Positions 47,924-56,679 of a stretch of 64,000 bases of DNA are shown in pieces (positions within the stretch are counted from its first letter, which is position 1; every line of letters starts with the position of its first letter). Both the position numbers and the translations under genes were made by a program. Source of the stretch: Myxococcota bacterium (GTDB taxonomy: Bacteria > Myxococcota_A > SURF-8); contig OZ223209.1 of NCBI GenBank assembly GCA_965140415.1, forward strand, positions 3,072,001 through 3,136,000. Direction: 5' to 3'. Under the pieces are notes generated by a model. The model worked only from the letters and a program-made list of their open reading frames with translations. It ran no database searches and had not been told where the DNA came from.

Positions 47924-50101
47924 ATGGACCGTTTCGCTGCGATTCGTTACCTCTTGGTCTGTGGGTTTTGCCTGATTCCCGGTCTTTTTGTGATCTGCTG
48001 CCAGGATGATTCCGCGAAGCAAACTCAACGCGATTGCCGCCTTACAGTTTATTACGAACCGGAAGAGGGGCATACCGGGCCGTTTTATCTGGTCGGCGAT
48101 TTCAACAACTGGGAAGAAGGGCACACTCGCCTCGTCGATCAAAACGAGGATGGCGTTTACGTAGCGCGTTTGGCGCTTCCACCCGGTCCGGCGTATTACC
48201 GGATCTGGGACGACGGAGAACTGCTGTTGGATGCCAACAATCCGTTGACGGCCTACGACGAGCAGGAAAAAGAGCAATCCTTTCGGCGCATTGCAGATTG
48301 CAGTCAGCCGGAATTGCAAGTACATTCCGTAGAAATCAATGAGGGAAAACTCGATTTGCAATTGCGATTATTGCGAAACGAGTCCGACTTGCCAATCGAT
48401 CCAGAAAGTCTCTCAGTTCAAACGGCGGAAGGATTGAAACTGGGTGCATCTGCTTCCGTTAGTTCGGGAGAAATCGTCGCTACAGGAAGTCTGCCTCTGG
48501 GGAAATCCTGGTTGCAGGTGAAGGCGAAGGATATCGAAGGAAACTCGGCGGAACTCTCATTTCCGGTATGGAATGAAGAAGAGCCCTTTGATTGGCAGGA
48601 CGCGACGATTTACCAGATTGTGGTGGACCGGTTTCGGAAAGGGCAGGGCGTTTTGGCTTCCGGTCCGATCTCGCATTATCTCGGTGGCGATTTGAAGGGA
48701 ATTCAAGAGGCAATTGAACAAGGCTATTTCGAGGAGCTTGGCGTCAACGTGCTGTGGCTGTCTCCACTCTATGACAATCCAGAGGGACTGTATTTTGGCC
48801 TGGACGATCACTGGTACGAAGCCTATCACGGCTACTGGCCCTCCGATTCCCTTTCCGTTGAACCGCATTTCGGTACGCCGGAAGATCTGGATAACCTGGT
48901 GAAGGCTGCACACCAGAAAGGAATCCGCGTGTTGATGGATCTGGTTCCGAATCACGTCCACCAAACCAATCCGTATTTCATTGAAAACAAAGACAAGGAC
49001 TGGTTCAATTTTCCAGACGGCTCCTGTGTGTGCGGTCGCGGTACTTGCTCCTGGGCGACGGACATCGAATACTGCTGGTTTACCGAATACTTACCGGATT
49101 TCAACTGGAAGAAGCTGGAGGTTGTGGACCGTATGCGAGCCGATGCGTTAGCCTGGCTCAAACGCTTCGATCTGGACGGTTTCCGAATTGATGCCGTAGC
49201 CATGATGCCGCGCCTGGCCACCCGCCAGCTTCGCGATGCGTTCAGGACCGCCATTGATATTGGTGGCACGAGAACCTATCTGATCGGTGAAACCTACACC
49301 GGATCGGAAGGGCAGGGCAAGATCCGCTGGTATCTTGGACCGCAGGGATTGGACGGCCAATTCGACTTCCCCCTTATGTGGCAGTTGCGAGAAGTGATCG
49401 CCCATGGATCGGCGGATATGGAGTTGCTACAGGATACCATCGATGAAAGCGAAGCGGCCTGGGAAGGTTCCGGTGCGGTGATGGGATTGATCCTGGGAAA
49501 CCACGATGTCACCCGCTTCATTTCGGAAGCCAACGACGACCCATTGAACGACTCCTGGGGAGCGCCGCCGGAGCAACCACAGAACCGGGAAGCCTATCAG
49601 CGGCTGGCTCTGGCTTTTGCGGTGCTGTTCACATTGCCGGGAGCACCTATTATTTATTATGGAGATGAAATCGGCTTGCCGGGCGCGAGTGACCCGGACA
49701 ATCGCAGACCATTTCCCGTAGACGTCCAGTTAAACGAACATGCTCGCTGGCTTCGTGAGCAGGTTCAACAGCTTGGCCAACTGCGCCAGACGTATTCAGC
49801 CCTACGTCGCGGAAGCAGACGTTCCATTTTGGCAGAAGACAGCACGCTTGGTTTTCTTCGTGAATCGGATGACGCCGATAGTGTTTTGATCCTGTTAAAC
49901 GGAAGCACACAGGCTCGAAAAATTAGCCTGGACCTACAACAATGTGGTAAACTGAAAGATGCTAACGGGTTGATAGACCATTTCGGAACGTCGGTAGGCA
50001 TTCACGACCAGAATCTTTCGCTGGTGTTGCCGCCTTTATCCTTTGCCATCGTAACCGGCTCGGACAAAGGTGAGACATCCCCGAAGACGGAGAAGGAATG
50101 A
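47924..50101 (+). CDS. CBM48-like + GH13 alpha-amylase/neopullulanase-like lipoprotein
   Basis: VICCQDDS N-terminus; LVGDFNNW; VDRF; GGDL.G; YHGYW; DLVPNH; DGFRIDA; IGE; GNHD; DPDNRR. Confidence 0.88.
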   Translation: MDRFAAIRYLLVCGFCLIPGLFVICCQDDSAKQTQRDCRLTVYYEPEEGHTGPFYLVGDFNNWEEGHTRLVDQNEDGVYVARLALPPGPAYYRIWDDGELLLDANNPLTAYDEQEKEQSFRRIADCSQPELQVHSVEINEGKLDLQLRLLRNESDLPIDPESLSVQTAEGLKLGASASVSSGEIVATGSLPLGKSWLQVKAKDIEGNSAELSFPVWNEEEPFDWQDATIYQIVVDRFRKGQGVLASGPISHYLGGDLKGIQEAIEQGYFEELGVNVLWLSPLYDNPEGLYFGLDDHWYEAYHGYWPSDSLSVEPHFGTPEDLDNLVKAAHQKGIRVLMDLVPNHVHQTNPYFIENKDKDWFNFPDGSCVCGRGTCSWATDIEYCWFTEYLPDFNWKKLEVVDRMRADALAWLKRFDLDGFRIDAVAMMPRLATRQLRDAFRTAIDIGGTRTYLIGETYTGSEGQGKIRWYLGPQGLDGQFDFPLMWQLREVIAHGSADMELLQDTIDESEAAWEGSGAVMGLILGNHDVTRFISEANDDPLNDSWGAPPEQPQNREAYQRLALAFAVLFTLPGAPIIYYGDEIGLPGASDPDNRRPFPVDVQLNEHARWLREQVQQLGQLRQTYSALRRGSRRSILAEDSTLGFLRESDDADSVLILLNGSTQARKISLDLQQCGKLKDANGLIDHFGTSVGIHDQNLSLVLPPLSFAIVTGSDKGETSPKTEKE

Positions 50102-50481
50102 GGACATCCAACGCATGGTTATTCTTGTTGATCTCGTTGAGTTTCCTGCTAGTATGCGGCTGTAGCGGTGATGACGATGACCCGGTTTTTCATGATTACG
50201 ATGTAATCATCGATGGAGATCTGGATGTAGTCGACCATTGGGATCCCGGAGATGATCCCGGTGATAATGGAAATTGCGGCAGCGGCTATGGATACGGGGA
50301 AGACTGCACCCCTGTAGAGGGAAATATCGACTGCGATCAAGATCCTTGTGTATATGGTTCCTGTGTCCGTGATACTGGAGAGGACTATTGTCGTTGCGAC
50401 ACAGGGTATTCTGGTGTTTTATGCGACAGTTGTGCGGATGGTTACCACACGGAAAACCTTCGTTGCGTCCCCAATCGATAA
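50098..50481 (+). CDS. Small lipoprotein with one EGF/laminin-EGF-like module
   Basis: Lipobox VCGC followed by SGDDDD; CDQDPCVYGSC...CRCDTGYSGVLCDSCADGY; ATGA overlap with upstream gene. Confidence 0.75.
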   Translation: MRTSNAWLFLLISLSFLLVCGCSGDDDDPVFHDYDVIIDGDLDVVDHWDPGDDPGDNGNCGSGYGYGEDCTPVEGNIDCDQDPCVYGSCVRDTGEDYCRCDTGYSGVLCDSCADGYHTENLRCVPNR

Positions 50482-50545
50482 CCCATAAACGACCGAAACT
50501 TCCAGGCATGGAAGTTTCTTTAATCTGCTTGAATAGGAACGAATC

Positions 50546-52954
50546 ATGCTCGCAGTTTTAGAAAACAAGCTTTTCACTTTTGCATTTGTTCTGGTCGCCG
50601 GTCTTCTGTTGATTTCGGCTTGCTCCAGTGATGATGACGCGAATCCGGGAGATGCGGATGGAGATCAGGAAGTCGTAATTGAAGATTCGACACTGGAATG
50701 CCTACAGGATTCGGACTGCGGCATCGGTGAATTCTGTTCGGCAGCAGGGATGTGTTTGGAAGAATGTCGAACGGAACTCGATTGTCCCCCTAACGATTAC
50801 TGTATGCCCAGCGTAAGCGCCCGTTGTCTGGATTGTCTTGAAGACGAGCACTGTAACGACAAGGGTGATGATGCCTACTGCGACATGGATTATTACAAGT
50901 GCCGCATTGGTTGTGATGACTGCGAATCGGACCAGGTTTGCGTGGAAGATCGCTGCGTTACACAAGTCATCGATGGCGATCTGGATGCTGAAACGGAAGG
51001 GGATCTTGAAGAAGAAGGGGACACGGTAGAAGTCTTTAAATGCCCTAACCCGGAAGATCCGCTATTGCGTTGCGAACCGAGTTGTTCCGAATGTCTGACT
51101 CCTATGTCCGCCCGAAAATGCAATGAAGAGGGGAGCGGTTGGATTAACGCCAGTTGCGAACAGGATGAATTCTGTAATTCGAGCACGGGGTTTTGTGAAA
51201 AGACGACCTGTGAAGCGGGGGAACAGTACTGCGAAGGCAATATCGCTCGTGTATGCAAAGATGACGGTTCCGGCTATCGCGACACAACCTGTCAACAGCC
51301 GAACCAATGTCTGGACGGTGCCTGCGTGATTTTAGCCTGTAAGGATTCCACGGCGCGCCTGTTCACATTAAACGCAAGAAGCGCAGTCGGGTCACCGGAC
51401 CGCTTTTGCAATGTTGCCGTCAATCGCGGCTCCGCCCAATGGGCAGAGATGGATAACCACGGCGGTGTGGCGACTTTCGACGGTTCCAGCGCCCGCATGT
51501 TGCTAGATTCCTCTGCCGGCGATTTTCAGGAAGGGCTGACCGTGCGGCTTGATGTTCTTGCAGCAGGAGACATGAGTGGCAATCAGACGCTTATCGCCAA
51601 GGGAAATACTCCCGTCAGTTACGAGTTGGCGCTTGAAGATGGCAATGTGGTGTTTACTTTAACGATTTCAGGTGGTTACTCAAAGCGCATCGAAGGTGCG
51701 CAGTTAGACGGTAATACCTGGCACAGCATTACAGGAACTTTCGATGGTCTGGAAATGCGATTGTACATCGACGGCAACCAGCAGGGCGCACCGGTTCTGA
51801 TGCAAACGAAAAAACTGATCGAACGCAACCCACGCATCATTTCCATTGGAGCCAGAACCCAGGACTCCGGAACGGCTTATCGCTATTTCGAAGGTTCGCT
51901 CGACAACATCTACCTCTCCGGTCGCGCACTGGATTATTTCGAAGTGGATTACTTCAGGGATCGCAAGGACTTATGCCCCTTATCCGATGAGGAAGACCTG
52001 TACTGCAACGACGATTTATGCAATCGCCAGTATGTTTCGGTTCCAATCAACGAACCATGGCAGGAAGAGGGCATGGACCTTATTCCGGGCGAAGCGGTGT
52101 TCGTCGATCCGGGTGGTTGCCCGGACCCGCAGGTTGGTCAGGCTTGTATTGGCCCGCAGGGACTGGATAATGGCAGCAACTGCGATGTATGTCCGGTCAC
52201 GACCAGTTTCCAGTATAGTTTGATTGCAAAAGTCGGAGAAAGCGGACCTCCTTTCTATGCTGGAGAGCGCGATATCTATGTAGCGAATCGCTTTGGAGCG
52301 CTTCTTTTCGGATACAATGACGAGGGATTCAGCGAAAATCTTGGAGGTTTCAACGTTCTAGTTGAAAACGGATACTGCAAAATCAGTGAATGTCCGGACG
52401 GAATGGTGCCGATTCCAAATAAGGATGCTTGCGTCGACCGCTATGAGGCATCCTGTGCGACGGCCAGCTATGCCAGTTCGAGTACGTGTTCAGCGGAGAA
52501 TGATGATGAGCCGGTCAGTCTCCCGGGGCTGTTCCCTTGGACCAACATCACAGCAGAAGATGCCGTAATTACCTGTGCTAGAGTCGGCAAGCGTTTGTGT
52601 AAAAGCGAGGAATGGGACGACAGTTGCGCAGGATACTCCGAGTTAAACTATCCGTACGGTGACAGCTATCAGTCCCTTTACTGCAATGACAATAACTACA
52701 CGTCACCACTGGATAATTCTGATCTGACATCAACTGGATACATGTATCGTTGCGTCACCGAAACCGGTGCCTTCGACATGGCTGGCAATGCGGCGGAATT
52801 CGTTTCGAAAGAATCCGGTGGATTCAGGGCCATGGCAGGGAAGGGCTTTGCTGGTGACAATGCCTGTTACGATCGTTTGGATTTCTCCGGTGCAGGTCTG
52901 CTTATCGGTTTCCGCTGTTGCATGGACCATGAAGCAGATGTAGAAGAAGACTAG
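50546..52954 (+). CDS. Cys-rich lipoprotein with LamG-like domain and C-terminal FGE-sulfatase (SUMF1-like) domain
   Basis: Lipobox ISAC followed by SSDDD; WHSITGTFDG..MRLYIDG; FEGSLDN; CPDGMV; DRYE; GKRLC..EW; YPYG; DMAGN..E; GFRCC. Confidence 0.8.
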   Translation: MLAVLENKLFTFAFVLVAGLLLISACSSDDDANPGDADGDQEVVIEDSTLECLQDSDCGIGEFCSAAGMCLEECRTELDCPPNDYCMPSVSARCLDCLEDEHCNDKGDDAYCDMDYYKCRIGCDDCESDQVCVEDRCVTQVIDGDLDAETEGDLEEEGDTVEVFKCPNPEDPLLRCEPSCSECLTPMSARKCNEEGSGWINASCEQDEFCNSSTGFCEKTTCEAGEQYCEGNIARVCKDDGSGYRDTTCQQPNQCLDGACVILACKDSTARLFTLNARSAVGSPDRFCNVAVNRGSAQWAEMDNHGGVATFDGSSARMLLDSSAGDFQEGLTVRLDVLAAGDMSGNQTLIAKGNTPVSYELALEDGNVVFTLTISGGYSKRIEGAQLDGNTWHSITGTFDGLEMRLYIDGNQQGAPVLMQTKKLIERNPRIISIGARTQDSGTAYRYFEGSLDNIYLSGRALDYFEVDYFRDRKDLCPLSDEEDLYCNDDLCNRQYVSVPINEPWQEEGMDLIPGEAVFVDPGGCPDPQVGQACIGPQGLDNGSNCDVCPVTTSFQYSLIAKVGESGPPFYAGERDIYVANRFGALLFGYNDEGFSENLGGFNVLVENGYCKISECPDGMVPIPNKDACVDRYEASCATASYASSSTCSAENDDEPVSLPGLFPWTNITAEDAVITCARVGKRLCKSEEWDDSCAGYSELNYPYGDSYQSLYCNDNNYTSPLDNSDLTSTGYMYRCVTETGAFDMAGNAAEFVSKESGGFRAMAGKGFAGDNACYDRLDFSGAGLLIGFRCCMDHEADVEED

Positions 52955-53026
52955 TCTGCGTTCTAGTTCGAATTTGGCCTTTTTGTCTAAGGAAAACTGA
53001 AAAAAGACCATTTTCGTATCTCAGTA

Positions 53027-53055
53027 TTGACCTTCCGCAGCGTGCTGTGTATGAT
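53027..53055 (+). promoter_or_regulatory. Sigma70 promoter TTGACC-N17-TATGAT
   Basis: Near-consensus hexamers with 17-bp spacer and extended -10 TG, upstream of bcp. Confidence 0.55.
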
Positions 53056-53099
53056 AGAAATAGATGCGTTTCTAGTTTTCCTGCTTGGAGAAGATACAC

Positions 53100-53597
53100 A
53101 TGCCGAAAAAAACGAAAGCGAATGACTCTGAGTTAAAGACGGGAAAAGTCGCACCGACATTTTCGCTTCAGGCCACAACTGGAATCAAGATCAATTTGAA
53201 AGAATTCAAGGGTGAGAAAAACGTGGTTGTGTATTTCTACCCGAAGGATGATACGCCGGGTTGTACGATCGAGGCGAAGGAATTCGAGAATTTAAAGACG
53301 AAGTTTGCAAAGAACGGCTCCGTTGTTCTGGGAATCAGTCCCAATGATATGGATAGTCACAACGACTTCTGTAGGAAAAACAATTTAACGTTTCCTTTGT
53401 TGGTCGATCAGGATGCGAAAATCGCAAGAAAATATGGAGTTTGGAAAGAAAAAGAGATTTTCGGACAGTCTTTCATGTCCGTGCTAAGAACGACCTTTGT
53501 CATCGGAAAAGACGGAAAAATCAAGAAGATCTACTCGAATGTTAAAGTCAGCGGTCACGCCAGAAACGTCCTGGCATTTGTCAAGACACTCAACTGA
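53100..53597 (+). CDS. bcp: Peroxiredoxin BCP/PrxQ
   Basis: VYFYPKDDTPGCT.EA; LGISP; RTTFVI. Confidence 0.92.
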   Translation: MPKKTKANDSELKTGKVAPTFSLQATTGIKINLKEFKGEKNVVVYFYPKDDTPGCTIEAKEFENLKTKFAKNGSVVLGISPNDMDSHNDFCRKNNLTFPLLVDQDAKIARKYGVWKEKEIFGQSFMSVLRTTFVIGKDGKIKKIYSNVKVSGHARNVLAFVKTLN

Positions 53598-53629
53598 CAC
53601 GCATCCCTTACTTTCTATTTTGTAATCTC

Positions 53630-54325
53630 TTAAAGTGCTAACCGTTTCGCTTTCGCAGCCAACTTGTCGGCCAGTCTCGTTGGCTCCGGGATTCGCAGCT
53701 TTGCAGTACAGGAAAGGGCGATCCGGCAGGCTTCATCCAACTCCACACCATGACCAATCGAAACATAGACGGGGGAGACGTTGTCACGTGTGCGCAACAC
53801 ACGTCCTATAATTCGATCGTCATTGTCTACAAGATCGACCATCGAACCTTTGGCTTCTCCGAGATTTTCATCAGCATGTCCAAACAGGTGGGATTTAGCG
53901 ATTCCCATAGTAGGAATCCCCAGTAGTAACCCCATATGGCAGGCAATTCCCAGGTAGCGCGGATGGGAAAGCCCATGACCGTCGAAGATCACCAAATCAG
54001 GTGAATCCTTTATCTTATCGAAAAGTTGCAAATAAATAGGACATTCTCTAAAGGACAACAAGCCGGGGATATATGGAAAGTCAAGCGAACCAACGTGAGT
54101 GATTTCAGAAATCAATTCCATAGAAGGATATTTCAATAAAACCATCGCACCGAAGGCCAGATTGTTTTTCCGATCGATGGCCATGTCGCAACCGGCAATC
54201 GTTTGAAGGTTATCGAGTTTTCCGGATTCAATCACAAGGGTCGAAAGCTCACGCTGCAAACGAATTGCAGCGGAAGGTGATAAGTTCCATGGATGAGCCT
54301 GTATTTTCAAAAGGCTGGTGGTCAT
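53630..54325 (-). CDS. nfi: Endonuclease V (deoxyinosine 3' endonuclease)
   Basis: FPYIPGLLSFRE; DGHG.SHPR..GIACHMG; GIAKS; PVYVSIGH; RIPEPTRLAD. Confidence 0.95.
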   Translation of the reverse strand: MTTSLLKIQAHPWNLSPSAAIRLQRELSTLVIESGKLDNLQTIAGCDMAIDRKNNLAFGAMVLLKYPSMELISEITHVGSLDFPYIPGLLSFRECPIYLQLFDKIKDSPDLVIFDGHGLSHPRYLGIACHMGLLLGIPTMGIAKSHLFGHADENLGEAKGSMVDLVDNDDRIIGRVLRTRDNVSPVYVSIGHGVELDEACRIALSCTAKLRIPEPTRLADKLAAKAKRLAL

Positions 54326-54530
54326 ACTGTCTCTTTAGTTTAGCAGATGTCAAACGTGTGATCAGAAGAATATAGGAAAGAAACGGATTGGGCAATAGCC
54401 GGCAGATTAAACGCACACTTTCTACTATGCATAATGCATCTTATGAGAAGCAGCTAAAACATCTAAAATCACATCCTGTCTCGTAATTAATTGTTATTAC
54501 AATTAAATGCCTAGTCCCCTGTAAAGGAGC

Positions 54531-55733
54531 CTATTTGTAAGGTGTAAACGGAGAGCCCTTTTTCCCCAAGGTAATCGCATACAAATAACCACCGTTAGAC
54601 AATGCGTAGATGTGATCACCTAATACAGTTGGTGGTGCGGAGTTGCCATTGCCAGGAGTAAAGCGCTTGATGAGCTTTCGCTCGATGTAATCTACGAAGT
54701 AGATGCCAGAGCCGGATGATGACAAAACCAGATATCGGTCTTTGAACAAGTACGGTTTGGAGAGAACCCCTTCCGGCTGCTTGCGATAAAGCGCATCCAG
54801 TTTGATGTCCCAGATTCTGGAGCCGGTTTCAAGATCCAGACAATAAAAGCCGTCTTCCGATGAAGTCAGGTAAAGTTTGTCTTTAATGATAATGCCTGAA
54901 CTGGCCGACTTGATGTCGTTTTTCCATACCATCTGACCGGATTCGGCATTCAGGCAATATACGGCGTTGTCGAACGACGCGGTATAAACAAGCCCTTGAT
55001 AAACGACCGGTGTTGCATTGGCATCGTCGAAACGTTTACCGCTGCCCAGGTTCCTACGCCACAGCAATTCACCGGAAACACGGTCGAAAGCACAGAAAGT
55101 TCCAGAGGTAAATCCCTGGAAAACGCTGTTTCCATCCACAACGGGCTGCCCACGGCGCCGAATGGATAACGTCCCATGATATTCTTCACGATGCTCCCAC
55201 TTGAAGGCTCCGGTCTGAGCGTCCAAGGCGGTCAGCGTATCATCAAGCGAAACAAAGTACAGGATGCCGTCGTGATGCGTGCAAGGCGCAACGATCTCGC
55301 TGCTGGTCTGGTAAGTCCACAGATCTTCCAGACTGTGCTTGTCCATGGCATGCATGGTGCCCGAAGACGTTCCAAGATAGACAATGGAGCCGACAACGAG
55401 CGGCTGTGAAAAGATTTCTTCTTTGAGTTTTCTTTTGGCTAGAACTTTTCCGGTTTTGCGGTCAAGTCTGAATAAGCGATGAGAACGTCCACCGACATAT
55501 ACCGCTTGTTCGTCCACGCCCGCAATGCCGGACTCAAGCGGCTCAAAATCCATCGGCTCGCGATCGCTGATCTTGGCGCGCCAGGACACGATAACGTCTT
55601 GATTTCCTGGGAAGAAAACGCTCGGTTCACGTCCTTCGGGACGATGGTTGATACTGGGTGAACAAGCAGGCAAAAGAAGGGCGAGGGCCACGATCACCAA
55701 CAAGCTGTGGAAACCCCTCACGCAAGGACGCAT
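54531..55733 (-). CDS. bamB: PQQ-like beta-propeller lipoprotein, BamB-like
   Basis: Lipobox LPAC; repeated ALD..TG...W blades; directly downstream of a YfgM-like gene. Confidence 0.7.
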   Translation of the reverse strand: MRPCVRGFHSLLVIVALALLLPACSPSINHRPEGREPSVFFPGNQDVIVSWRAKISDREPMDFEPLESGIAGVDEQAVYVGGRSHRLFRLDRKTGKVLAKRKLKEEIFSQPLVVGSIVYLGTSSGTMHAMDKHSLEDLWTYQTSSEIVAPCTHHDGILYFVSLDDTLTALDAQTGAFKWEHREEYHGTLSIRRRGQPVVDGNSVFQGFTSGTFCAFDRVSGELLWRRNLGSGKRFDDANATPVVYQGLVYTASFDNAVYCLNAESGQMVWKNDIKSASSGIIIKDKLYLTSSEDGFYCLDLETGSRIWDIKLDALYRKQPEGVLSKPYLFKDRYLVLSSSGSGIYFVDYIERKLIKRFTPGNGNSAPPTVLGDHIYALSNGGYLYAITLGKKGSPFTPYK

Positions 55734-56545
55734 CAGCCGCCCTCCCCTGCTGGTTTGACATCGGCTTTTTCTGCGGCTTCAGGCGTTTCCGATTTCTTTT
55801 CAACGGGTTTCGGTCCGCGCAGCAGCGTCAGCATTTTCTCGGCCTTCGGCTTGACTTCGCTGTCAGGGTAATTTTCCGTCACATCGGTATACCATTTAAT
55901 GGCTTCCGCTTTGTTACCCTCGCGCTTGTAGATATCCGCGATCATGAAGCTTGCTTCATCCTTCCACAGTTCGCCACCGAAGCTAAGGATCTTTTTGTAA
56001 GTTTCAATCGCCTGATCGAACTTTTTCTCGGCATCGTAGCTTTGCGCGATGTTGTGATAGGCAAGAAAATTGAACTGGGAGAAGTCGGAACCGGAATTGT
56101 CGATAAACGCCTGATAAGCTTCGCGAGCCTTTTCATAACGCTTAAGCTGGAAGTGGGAATTGCCAAGATAGAAGTTGGCGATGTTGCCATACGCACTTCC
56201 ACCGTATTCGTTCACCACGGTCTGGAATTTTTCCGTTGCCGCCAGGTATTTCGCTTCTTCAGTGGAAAACGTAAGCCCTTCCTGCGGCTCGCCTTCGGTA
56301 TCTTTGACCACCGGGGCATCGTAGACCTTCATGGCATCGGCATAAACTTCACTTATTTTATCGTTACGCATTTGCAGCAAGTTACTTGCGATCGTAATCA
56401 ATAGAATAATACCGATAAATCCCAAAACGGCGTACAGATAACGTCGCCGATTATCGATAAAATGCTGAAGAAATTCCTCACCTTTAGTTTGGAAGGTATC
56501 CGGTTGCTTCAGTTCCTTGCGGGAAAGCTTTTTTGCTTGTGCCAA
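55733..56545 (-). CDS. YfgM-like TM-anchored TPR protein
   Basis: RKELKQPDTF, single TM helix, TPR repeats; AGGAGG before TTG 56545 (ORF is open from 56584). Confidence 0.75.
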   Translation of the reverse strand: MAQAKKLSRKELKQPDTFQTKGEEFLQHFIDNRRRYLYAVLGFIGIILLITIASNLLQMRNDKISEVYADAMKVYDAPVVKDTEGEPQEGLTFSTEEAKYLAATEKFQTVVNEYGGSAYGNIANFYLGNSHFQLKRYEKAREAYQAFIDNSGSDFSQFNFLAYHNIAQSYDAEKKFDQAIETYKKILSFGGELWKDEASFMIADIYKREGNKAEAIKWYTDVTENYPDSEVKPKAEKMLTLLRGPKPVEKKSETPEAAEKADVKPAGEGG

Positions 56546-56679
56546 AACCTGCCTCCTTGAAATCGCTTCGCGCACTGGGGACAAAACTGGGGCAATATAT
56601 AGGTAAAAGCCTCAGATTGTCAAACAAATTCTAACTATCACGTGACTTGATCGTTACTTCTCAGTGGAAGCGCGATTGG

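Noticed and set aside
47342-48361. 339-aa minus-strand ORF (also 41604-42527)
   Set aside because: Antisense to well-supported glycoside hydrolase genes
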